NCBI GenBank assembly: GCA_041740355.1
Contig: JBGSMD010000038.1
Location: forward strand, 119,223-183,222
Length of the DNA: 64,000 bases
Direction of reading: 5' to 3'
From: Bdellovibrionota bacterium
GTDB taxonomy: Bacteria; Bdellovibrionota_C; UBA2361; CALJRW01
Shown: positions 11,019 through 19,921 of the stretch, piece after piece
Layout: every line of letters starts with the position of its first letter
Numbering within the stretch: the stretch's first letter is position 1
The notes under the pieces: generated by a model
Told to the model about the DNA's origin: nothing
Databases searched by the model: none
Seen by the model: the letters and a program-made list of their open reading frames with translations, nothing else
Made by a program: the position numbers and the translations under genes

Positions 11019-12662
11019 ATGGAAAGATTCTTGTCTTTGAAGTCAATCTTTATATTTCTGCTATTAATTCCTTTTTTAGCGAAAGCTGAGAAATATTCAG
11101 CAGATGAATTATTGACTGCTTTATATCGGGGTGATTATTTAGAACTAGGGGAGCCTCCAACAGCTCTAAATCCATATTGGAGGTCATTATATAAAATTCA
11201 TCAGACCCTAAGTCAAAGTGAAGTTTTGCAAGAAGAATATAAAAACGAAGTAACAAGATTAATACCTGCTGAGAATGAGCAACTACCCTATGAGTTAAGA
11301 CTTTTTGAGGAAGAATATGATCCGGTTGATTTAATTAGTGCAATTAGTTTTGGTATAATTTCAAGTGGAACTAGTAATCTAGATTTTTTAGTCCAGATGC
11401 TTAACGAGAACTCTGATAGTCTTAGTCAGCGCTCATTAATATCTGCCTACTTACTAAACCAATTTGGACTTGATTCCTCAGTCCAACAGTTTATTCGCTC
11501 AACTGGGATGTGCTATGCAGATGGGGCTCCATTTGATGCAGCTTTAGCGACTAATCTAAAAAGGCAAGTCACGCATTTACGGAACATCCCAAGAGCAGCA
11601 AGAAAACCTAATAGTATTGTTCAGTATTGTGACCCACACAGATATCTGAACGTGGCGGAAAGCCAACAGGCATATTTAGTCAGTATGCTGCCTAAGAAAG
11701 TCCTTATCGATAATGTTGAATGTCAAGATTGGTTACTTATTAGAAAAAATTCATTTGATCCAATAACCAGAAATTCTGTTTATCGCGGTCTTTCTCGAGC
11801 GGGATATTTTAGTGATACCAATATTTTTTTAAATTCTCTCAAGCGAGAGAGCATGGCTGAGCTAAAAAGATATCTTGTACGTAATCTTTGGTTATTAAAT
11901 GCCAATCAATTGATCAAAATGGCACAGTTAATATTAGAGCAAGAAACAGATCTCGGAGTTCATCGAAGTGTAAATGCATTAATTTCAAGAGTATTAAAAG
12001 GAGAACATCGAATTTCAAGTGCTGAATTACTTTTGCCAACTCCACCTCAGTATCTTAGGGAGTTTAGAACTGTTGGAAATTTAGAACTTAGCACGGAGTT
12101 TAGAGAACAATTTTACCGCTGGGCGGAAGATCCCACGACTTCACTCCAGCTGGAAGGACGAAGAGCAATGCTTGGTCATTTTGAGTCAGATAGAAATTCC
12201 ATAATGGATCTTAGAAAAGCACGTTTCTTAGTAAACGATCCTAAACCACAAGAGTTATTTGTTCGAATGGGATTTTTTACTGAACCAACCTTATTGCCTG
12301 TATTTAAGCTATTAAGACCGTTAGCCCAAACTAATTATGAACGTGAAAATTTTGAAAATATTTTTTCTGTACTTGAAAAATCAGCGACTGGTGAGTGGCA
12401 ACCCAGTAAAGTATGCCAAGAGAAGATCCCCAAGTGTTTGCTAGAAGCTGCAGGTATTAATTATTTAAAACAGGCTCATTTAAGTAGCTTATCAGAAGCA
12501 AATAAATTACTTAGTGTCGCGATTGACCCTTTGTCTAATGGATTTAAAATAATAACTGATAATTTTATCAGCGATAAGATTACTATTGAAAATCCGTCCC
12601 ACAAAACTGAAGAGTGGTTTTACAGTGAAAAATTTGGCTGGATAATTCCCAAATTATCTTAG
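11019..12662 (+). CDS. Hypothetical exported, Leu-rich helical protein
   Basis: 547-aa ORF with signal peptide (AKA cleavage), starting 9 nt after the previous ORF. Confidence 0.75.
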   Translation: MERFLSLKSIFIFLLLIPFLAKAEKYSADELLTALYRGDYLELGEPPTALNPYWRSLYKIHQTLSQSEVLQEEYKNEVTRLIPAENEQLPYELRLFEEEYDPVDLISAISFGIISSGTSNLDFLVQMLNENSDSLSQRSLISAYLLNQFGLDSSVQQFIRSTGMCYADGAPFDAALATNLKRQVTHLRNIPRAARKPNSIVQYCDPHRYLNVAESQQAYLVSMLPKKVLIDNVECQDWLLIRKNSFDPITRNSVYRGLSRAGYFSDTNIFLNSLKRESMAELKRYLVRNLWLLNANQLIKMAQLILEQETDLGVHRSVNALISRVLKGEHRISSAELLLPTPPQYLREFRTVGNLELSTEFREQFYRWAEDPTTSLQLEGRRAMLGHFESDRNSIMDLRKARFLVNDPKPQELFVRMGFFTEPTLLPVFKLLRPLAQTNYERENFENIFSVLEKSATGEWQPSKVCQEKIPKCLLEAAGINYLKQAHLSSLSEANKLLSVAIDPLSNGFKIITDNFISDKITIENPSHKTEEWFYSEKFGWIIPKLS

Positions 12663-12814
12663 TACTCACAATTAGAAGCAATATATCAGTTGATAAGTAG
12701 TAATCTCTTGAATGAGGTTACATTTGAAGAAATCACTTTTTATGATTCAGATCATAAGTTTATTTTGGTTTATCTCCACATAATACATTAAAGTTTATAT
12801 ATATTGTATCTGTT

Positions 12815-13243
12815 ATGAACAACTCAGAGCTAATTGAAAAATTTCAAAAATTATTAAGAGGTGAGATTGCTGCTACCGAAACTTACTCACAAGCCTTAAA
12901 GATTGTGGATGATCCCCTTCAAGAGTTATTGCAGGAGATCTTGGAAGAGCATGAGCAAAGCGTCATCAGTATCGAAAAACATCTAATGAAATTAGGAGGG
13001 GAGAGAACTCATGACTCAGGAGTATGGGGAATCGTTACTAAAGTTATTGAAGGTTCTGTTTCCATTATTGGTTCTTCTGCAACTCTAACGGCACTAAAAC
13101 AAGGAGAGCTTTTAGGTATCTATGATTACGAAAGTGTCTTACGAATGAAAAATCTTAAACCTGAATGTCACTTATTTATTTCCAAGGAATTATTACCACT
13201 TTGCACTAAACACGTTTTGCAATTAGAAAATTTCAATCAATAA
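12815..13243 (+). CDS. PA2169/DUF2383-like ferritin-like four-helix protein
   Basis: LLRGEIAATETYSQAL, EEH, ALKQGELLGIYDYE pattern. Confidence 0.75.
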   Translation: MNNSELIEKFQKLLRGEIAATETYSQALKIVDDPLQELLQEILEEHEQSVISIEKHLMKLGGERTHDSGVWGIVTKVIEGSVSIIGSSATLTALKQGELLGIYDYESVLRMKNLKPECHLFISKELLPLCTKHVLQLENFNQ

Positions 13244-13301
13244 GGATTCTTGTAAGTTGTACTAGACTAGATGTTTTTAAAAGTAAGACGTAAGAGCTAA
13301 A

Positions 13302-14138
13302 TTGATTATGTGGGAATTTCTAAAAAATTTATGGGATCGATTTAATCAGGTTAACTGTCCAAAACATGCAGCCGCAATTGCATACTACACCATCTTTTCC
13401 ATGTCACCGCTGATTATTATTTTAGTAATGATTGCTGGTGCAATTTTTGGAAGTGAAGCAGTTTCTGGTATTCTCTATTCTGATTTGGAAGAAATAGTCG
13501 GTCAGCAAAGCGCTCTGTTAATCCAGTCATTGGTGGTAAGTGCGACCAAATCAAAAGGCAGTTTAATCTCTTCCATATTAAGTGGCTCATTAATGCTAAT
13601 TGGGGCATCAATCGTTTTGCACGCGCTACAAGAGGCTTTAGATGATATTTGGCAGGTCGATCAACCTTCTGAAAACTCTTGGCTTTTATTTTTCCGTAAA
13701 AGGATATTAGCAATATTAATGGTGCTGATAATTGGCATAATTTTTTTAGGGTCTATAATATTAAGTTCAACAATCAGCTACTTGCAGCAATATGCATATG
13801 GAATAACAGCTCATTGGATTCATTTTGCATCTTTCCTTGATTTCGCACTAACCTTCTTTGTTAATACTGTAATCTTTACCAGTATCTATAAGTTTCTCCC
13901 TTCTAGTAAGGTTGGACTATATTATGCCTTTGTCGGTGGAGTTGTTGCCTCTGTCTTATTTCTTCTAGGTAAAATTTTAATTGGCTTGTACATTGTGCAC
14001 ACTGGAATTAACAACTCTTATGGTGTCGCCGGATCCTTAGTTATAATTCTGCTCTGGGTCTATTATATATCTCAAATTATTTTGATTGGGGCATTGATCT
14101 CCGAAGAACTTTCTCGTTTTTACAAAAAGAAAGTTTAG
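13302..14138 (+). CDS. YihY/virulence factor BrkB family membrane protein
   Basis: AAAIAYYTIFS and SYGVAGSLVIILLWVY motifs, with multiple TM helices. Confidence 0.9.
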   Translation: MIMWEFLKNLWDRFNQVNCPKHAAAIAYYTIFSMSPLIIILVMIAGAIFGSEAVSGILYSDLEEIVGQQSALLIQSLVVSATKSKGSLISSILSGSLMLIGASIVLHALQEALDDIWQVDQPSENSWLLFFRKRILAILMVLIIGIIFLGSIILSSTISYLQQYAYGITAHWIHFASFLDFALTFFVNTVIFTSIYKFLPSSKVGLYYAFVGGVVASVLFLLGKILIGLYIVHTGINNSYGVAGSLVIILLWVYYISQIILIGALISEELSRFYKKKV

Positions 14139-14755
14139 TCTTTTGATAAATCTGTATTTTTGCAAGTAATTACTCTAAGCGGTGGAAAATTGTGCCATAC
14201 TTGGCTGGTGCTGATTACTTGAAAGTATTGACTGAGCAGGTTTTGAATTTTATCTGAATTCCAAAAGGGAAACATATTTGCTTGATAAATAATGAAAGTT
14301 CCATTTGGCTTCAGCGATGATTTCACATTTCGAAGAATTTGATCAATTTGTTTCTCCTCAATTAGACTAAAAGGTATTCCACAAATAACAACATCGACAA
14401 TAGTCTGATTTCTCTTAGTGATCAGATTAATTTTTTCAGCTGACATTTGAAAAATGGAAAGCCGGGAGTCTTTGATTTTCTGCTTTACGTGATGAACTAG
14501 ATTGGAACATGTTTCAAATGCCATCAGTTGTGAATTCGGCGACATCTGATTTAAGAGTGATCTAGTAATAACTCCATTTCCCATTCCTAGTTCTACAATA
14601 TTTTTTACAATATCAAAATTAATTTGTTCAGACAATTCAGCAGCTGTATAATTTGAGGAAGGAATTATTGATGCTACCTGACGATCTTTCAAAAAATTAA
14701 GATAGAGCTTGTTTTGATGAAACTTGGTTAATGAAGATATTAAGGTATTATTCAT
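14135..14755 (-). CDS. Class I SAM methyltransferase (phospholipid N-methyltransferase-like)
   Basis: VASIIPSS, VELGMGNG, DVVICGIPF and VWHNFPP motifs. Confidence 0.8.
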   Translation of the reverse strand: MNNTLISSLTKFHQNKLYLNFLKDRQVASIIPSSNYTAAELSEQINFDIVKNIVELGMGNGVITRSLLNQMSPNSQLMAFETCSNLVHHVKQKIKDSRLSIFQMSAEKINLITKRNQTIVDVVICGIPFSLIEEKQIDQILRNVKSSLKPNGTFIIYQANMFPFWNSDKIQNLLSQYFQVISTSQVWHNFPPLRVITCKNTDLSKD

Positions 14756-15090
14756 CTGAAGTTAGCTATAAATTAATCCTTAATATTGTAATAAATTTAT
14801 ACTATCAATCGCTATGATTAATATCACATTGGAGAACTAATAGATCAGAATTAAGTATTTAAATGAGGATTTGAATTAAATCTAAGAGCAAAAGAGTCGT
14901 CAGGTACTATCCGTAGTAATGTTTCATTCTTTACTTTATAGCTAAGCCGAATTAGCTCCGGTTCTGTATTCTCTAAGTTTCTATTTTTTGAAAAGTTAAT
15001 TTGATTAAACCTATCACGGAACAATTGATGAATGTTATTGGAGGCATTATGCACTTTGTTTATTAACATTTGGAAAAAAAGAATTCCTCA

Positions 15091-15762
15091 TTTGCAAGGG
15101 AAGGTGCAAGTATTGCAATTGTATATTTTAAATGAAGAACAAGATGCCTTAGAAACTAAAAGATTAGTAGAAGCTGAGAAGCAAAAGTGTTTTTTGATCA
15201 GGGGCGATTTACAAGAACAAAAGTTTTGCAAAACAACTGTTAACAAGTGTATTCGTCATTTTGGTGGAATAAATATCTTGATAAATAATGCTGCTAAGCA
15301 ATTTCCTTAAGAGTCAATTGAAGATATTAATGTTGAACAATTAGAAACTACTTTCAAAGTGAATATTTTTCCCATGTTCTAATTAGCTCAAGCGGCACTT
15401 AAATATTTATCGGTGGATGATACTATTATTAACACCGCATCTGTTTTGCTTATCGTGGTAGTTCACACCTTTTGGACTATTCTGCGAGTAAGGGAGCAGT
15501 TGTTGCTTTTACCCGTTCTCTAGCAGCTAATCTGGTAGATAAAGGAATTAGGGTAAACGCCGTTGCGCCAGGACCAATTTGGACTCCACTAATTCCGGCA
15601 ACTTTTAAAGCAGAAGAAGTCGCACAATTTGGTTCTGATGTTCCCATGAAGCGAGTTGGTCAGCCGTCGGAGCTTGCGCCAAGTTTTGTATTTTTAGCAT
15701 CTGAAGATTCTTCATATATTACTGGCCAAGTACTTCATTCCAATGGCGGTGATTCTTTTTAA
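15091..15762 (+). pseudogene. SDR oxidoreductase (YghA/YhxC general-stress type) pseudogene
   Basis: Fragments FAREGASIAIVY / ILINNAAKQFP* / YSASKG / VNAVAPGPIWTPLI are broken by frameshifts and in-frame TAA stops. The N-terminal Rossmann motif is missing. Confidence 0.85.
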
Positions 15763-15840
15763 ATTGTTCATAACCTATCGTTACTTTTTTTACTGACTCG
15801 AAGAAATACAAAAATATGTAATTAATTTTACTCACGCACA

Positions 15841-16462
15841 ATGAACGAACAGAAATTTAAAAAAATGTTTTTTCATGATACTTTGAAAGTTGCTCAGCGA
15901 TTGTTGGGAATGAAGCTAGCAGCTAGATTAGATGATCAAATTACGTCAGGAATGATCGTAGAAGTTGAAGCCTAGCATGTTGAAATTGACGCTGTCTGTC
16001 ATTGTTTTTTAATCTCGCACTCCTCGGAATGAGGTTATGTTTTGGGAGCCTGGCCATTGCTATATTTATCAAATTTATGGAATGCATCGCTGTGTCAATT
16101 TAGTTACTGAAAAAGCAGGTACGGGTGCTGCCATTTTGATTAGAGCGTTAGAGCCGCTTTACGGGGTGGAGATCATTAAAGAAAGCAGAGGCGCAGTTCC
16201 TGTAAGGAATTTATTAAATGGACCGGGAAAAGTATGCCAAGCGATGGGCATTGATCAGAGCATGCTGGGTGCCAATATGCTTACTTCCGAAGTCATTAGA
16301 ATTGCCCCGTATAAAAAAATACCCAATCAAGAGATTGCCCAGAGTCGGCGAATTGGAATCCGCCGAGCAACAGAATTAGAGTGGCGTTTTTACTTGCTTA
16401 ATAACAAATGGGTTTCACCTGCTAAGTTTAATCATTATCAGCCCCTTTCCAAATGCTGCTAA
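15841..16462 (+). pseudogene. 3-methyladenine DNA glycosylase (MPG/AAG family) pseudogene
   Basis: VAQRLLG...GMIVEVEA, then TAG at 15973 where the conserved Tyr lies, then a frameshift. Downstream motifs YIYQIYGMH, ILIRALEP, NGPGK and RIGI. Confidence 0.85.
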
Positions 16463-16589
16463 AATGATTTTAATTTAAGAAATATAGCTAAAATATCCCT
16501 AAAAACTTGAAGGAATGAAGATTGTGGGCGTATTTTTGACTTTAGGATTTGGAGTTAGCTTCCGATGATAAATAAAAATATAGGGTAAT

Positions 16590-17963
16590 ATGCTAACTTC
16601 AGGTAGTTTAATTTTTAATAGATATCAAATCATTCATCATCTGGGATCGGGAGGAATGGGTGATGTCTATCTAGTTCAGGATACACTGCTTAATAATCAA
16701 CAAGTTGCCTTAAAATTACTTAGGTCTGATTTTCTTGCTAAAGATGGCAGTAAAGAAAGATTTTTACGCGAAGTTGAACTTGCCAGGCAAGCAACTCATT
16801 CCAATGTTCTCCGGACCTTTGATGTCGGAGAGGATCCAGTTTATGGCATATATTTTACAATGGAATATGCCAATGGCAGTACCTTAGCAAAGTTACTGGA
16901 AAATGGAGCGATTAAATATCAACAGGTATTACTAATTATTCAACAATTACTATCAGGATTGGTAGAGATTCATCAGTCTAATATAATTCATCGCGACTTG
17001 AAGCCAAGCAATATTATCATCAATCATGATGGACAAGTGCAAATTATGGATTTTGGAATCGCACGTAGCGGTGATTCACAATTAACTACTACCAGTGAAG
17101 TTTTAGGCAGTGGACCATACATGTCACCAGAGCAGTGGAAGGGTGGTACGATAACTGCAAAGACTGATTTATATTGTGTAGGGGTTATTTTATTTGAACT
17201 CCTAACAGGTATTCAACCCTTTCATGCTGAGACCGCTCCACAGCAAATGTATAAGCATTTAGTTGAACTACCCCAGCTAAAATCATGTAAAGCAGATCTT
17301 CCTAATTGGATAAATCAATTGACAATTACACTTTTGGCAAAGGACCCAGCGGATCGACCCAACTCAGCTAATGAAGTTTTACAACTGATTGAGGATAAAA
17401 TTTATGTGGAGAAAATATATTCCGGATACCAGCTCGGAGCTGGAGGAACGAAGCTAATTTTTGAAGCTCGTGGGGCAGAAGATTGTTTTAAAAAAGTTGT
17501 TAAACAAAAAGCTTATTGGTCCAAGGTAACAGGCCTTAGTCTTGCTCTACTGACTCTGATGTCTATGGGCTTCGTAGGTAAGTCCTTTTTGGGAAATAGT
17601 TTTGAGGCAAATAAAAAACCTACGCCAACTTCTCGTAAAATTGAATCAAGCACTAATCCTTCCGGTATATCAGAAGAAAACTCAGGAAAATTATCAAAAT
17701 CGACTACGAAAAATGTTGAACCAATAAATAATTTCACATTTAAAGAGGATTCCACTAAGAGCAGCGGAACAAAGGGTACATACAATAAGGTAAAATTTAA
17801 GACTACTGAAAAATTCCCAGTTAAAGATGAAAAATACAACTCCAAAACAAAAGCAGAGCTACAGGCACAAAAAAATCAATCGACAAACGCGATAGCTTCC
17901 AAACTAAAACTTCGACTTCAGCAAATGACACCTGAGGAAAGACAAAAATTCTTTAAAAAGTAA
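16590..17963 (+). CDS. Hanks-type Ser/Thr protein kinase with TM helix
   Basis: LGSGGMGDVY, VALK, HRDLKPSN, DFG and YMSPEQ motifs, followed by a TM segment and a Lys/Ser-rich tail. Confidence 0.95.
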   Translation: MLTSGSLIFNRYQIIHHLGSGGMGDVYLVQDTLLNNQQVALKLLRSDFLAKDGSKERFLREVELARQATHSNVLRTFDVGEDPVYGIYFTMEYANGSTLAKLLENGAIKYQQVLLIIQQLLSGLVEIHQSNIIHRDLKPSNIIINHDGQVQIMDFGIARSGDSQLTTTSEVLGSGPYMSPEQWKGGTITAKTDLYCVGVILFELLTGIQPFHAETAPQQMYKHLVELPQLKSCKADLPNWINQLTITLLAKDPADRPNSANEVLQLIEDKIYVEKIYSGYQLGAGGTKLIFEARGAEDCFKKVVKQKAYWSKVTGLSLALLTLMSMGFVGKSFLGNSFEANKKPTPTSRKIESSTNPSGISEENSGKLSKSTTKNVEPINNFTFKEDSTKSSGTKGTYNKVKFKTTEKFPVKDEKYNSKTKAELQAQKNQSTNAIASKLKLRLQQMTPEERQKFFKK

Positions 17964-17992
17964 TATTTACTGCTTTATTTTCGTATATTATC

Positions 17993-18205
17993 AACCTGAG
18001 TTCGATATAAGGTTCGTCACGAGACAAGCAAAGTGGCTGAAATGATTAAAAATTTATTTTTTATTCATTGTAATTTGACTAGCAAAAACAAAAAATTTAA
18101 GCGCAGCTGTAGCAGAGTTACAGCGAGCATCAATTATTTTGTTTTTTGTAGGCAAATTCAGTCAGTTTGTTTGTCGTAGTAGAATCCTTATGTCGAACTC
18201 AGGTT
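17993..18205. mobile_element. 213-bp MITE-like or structured element with 20-bp terminal inverted repeats
   Basis: aacctgagttcgatataagg / ccttatgtcgaactcaggtt (1 mismatch), with nested internal stems. Confidence 0.65.
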
Positions 18206-18326
18206 ATTACTTGGAGTAATTAAGTGCTAGGCAGCTCAATTGTAAGGGTTCAGGTATATTTAAGGTCTTGAAGGATCAAATTCCCTTTAAGGGGAAAATT
18301 TGCGTAGCAAATTGGTGTGGAGACAC

Positions 18327-18439
18327 TAGCCGTTCACACTACTGGCCAAAATCGTTCAGATTCTGTCCAAAAAAATAAGCTAGTCTGCGCTCATTTTAAG
18401 CTCTTATTATAACATGTTACAACACTACGTGAACGGCTA
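18327..18439. repeat. 113-bp segment bounded by an 11-bp perfect inverted repeat (possible MITE)
   Basis: tagccgttcac / gtgaacggcta. Confidence 0.5.
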
Positions 18440-18792
18440 CGTGAAATTACCAATTCTTTCCTAACTTATTGATAAGATTAACTTTTTTGTAAATGCATAA
18501 TTTCCTAGAAAATTGCTAATTATAAAGTAACTATGACACCAAGCTTTCCTAAGCTCCTAATACCCCTGTTGTTTGACTATATTGTGCTATTCTGATAAAA
18601 CTTCGCGCAATTGATGCAAGGCTATTTTCTGGAATAGTAATCATCAAAAGTTGTACTAGATACTTTCTTAAAGTCAGCCTAATTAACTTGTTAATTAAAC
18701 GCTGAATTAGTTTCAAGCGATCGAATAGTTTTGGTGAAATATTCCAAAAATACTGAGATTGTTTTCGCTACCAGAATTAAGAGAAAGATATA

Positions 18793-18945
18793 CATTTAAA
18801 CATTTGCGATTCGTGAATGTTTAAATGCGTGCAAAATCTTGGCTAGCCAAGTTTTGCCGTAGAGAACAAGGGAAACCTAACGAATAAGCGATCAAAGACG
18901 ATTAGTCTTTGGCATGGCGGTTTATTTAATTACCTCGTTAGGTTT
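18793..18945 (+). ncRNA. Candidate cis-regulatory leader RNA of the str operon (shared with the rpsM leader)
   Basis: P1 18793-18827, P2 18831-18857 followed by CGUAGA, and P3 18873-18945. The same architecture occurs at 45535-45675, with covariation. Confidence 0.7.
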
Positions 18946-18970
18946 TAATTTTATTTGTTATTTAGGACTT

Positions 18971-19342
18971 ATGCCTACTAAGAATCAATTGGTGCGTAAT
19001 AGACGCCACCCGAAAATTGTTAAAACAAAATCTCCAGCTCTAAAAGGTTGCCCACAAAGACGTGGTGTTTGCACAAGAGTATACACTCAGACTCCAAAGA
19101 AGCCGAACTCAGCTTTACGTAAAGTTGCCCGTGTTCGTTTAACTAGTGGTTACGAAGTTACTGCCTATATTGGTGGTATGGGACATAATTTACAAGAACA
19201 CAGCGTGGTCTTGATTCGTGGTGGACGAGTTCCCGATCTACCAGGGGTTCGTTACCATATCATCCGCGGTAAATTAGAAGCACAAGGTGTTGATAAGAGA
19301 AGACAAGGTCGTTCTAAGTATGGTGCGAAGAAGCCTAAGTAG
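18971..19342 (+). CDS. rpsL: 30S ribosomal protein S12
   Basis: Starts MPTKNQL after RBS AGGA and contains [11 protein letters not shown]. Start corrected from the ORF track. Confidence 0.99.
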   Translation: MPTKNQLVRNRRHPKIVKTKSPALKGCPQRRGVCTRVYTQTPKKPNSALRKVARVRLTSGYEVTAYIGGMGHNLQEHSVVLIRGGRVPDLPGVRYHIIRGKLEAQGVDKRRQGRSKYGAKKPK

Positions 19343-19375
19343 TTTTAGTAAGATTTATTGAAGAAATAAAAAAAA

Positions 19376-19849
19376 ATGAGCAGAAAAGATAAAGATTATA
19401 CTAGAGAAGTGCTACCAGATTCCAAATATGGTGATTTGGTTTTAGCTAAAGCGATCAACTCAATCATGTTGAGTGGGAAGAAAAGCGTTGCAGAAACAGC
19501 TTATTATAAGGCTTTTGAGATTATCAAGAAGCGTTCTAAGACTGAAGATGCCGTGGAATTCTTTCATCGCGCACTTAATAATATTAAGCCAATTGCTGAA
19601 GTGCGTTCGCGCCGAGTCGGTGGTGCAACTTATCAAGTTCCAACAGAAGTTCGCAACGAAAGAGCACAAGCATTAGCTCTTCGTTGGTTAAAAGCTGCTT
19701 GTAACTCTCGCAGTGAGAAAACAGTATCAGAAAGATTAGCTGGTGAATTAATGGATGCTTACGATAATCGTGGCAATGCCGTTAAAAAACGAGAAGATAC
19801 ACACAAAATGGCTGAAGCTAACAAAGCTTTTGCTCACTTTAAATGGTAG
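19376..19849 (+). CDS. rpsG: 30S ribosomal protein S7
   Basis: [11 protein letters not shown] and [12 protein letters not shown]. Confidence 0.99.
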   Translation: MSRKDKDYTREVLPDSKYGDLVLAKAINSIMLSGKKSVAETAYYKAFEIIKKRSKTEDAVEFFHRALNNIKPIAEVRSRRVGGATYQVPTEVRNERAQALALRWLKAACNSRSEKTVSERLAGELMDAYDNRGNAVKKREDTHKMAEANKAFAHFKW

Positions 19850-19921
19850 ATTAATAGGTTGGTTATACTCAGTAAATATTTAGCTGAGTATTGATTTTTA
19901 GATTTTTGTTAGAAAAGAACA

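Noticed and set aside
14851-15069. 72-aa minus-strand ORF
   Set aside because: No motif or clear RBS, and it lies in degraded sequence next to a pseudogene.
15091-16462. Stop-codon recoding explaining the in-frame TAA/TAG
   Set aside because: The same genes also have frameshifts, and intact genes terminate normally at TAA, TAG and TGA.
18914-18970. N-terminal extension of S12 in the ORF track (similarly for rpmC, rplF, rpmD and secY)
   Set aside because: Canonical starts lie downstream. For rpsL the extension overlaps leader helix P3.
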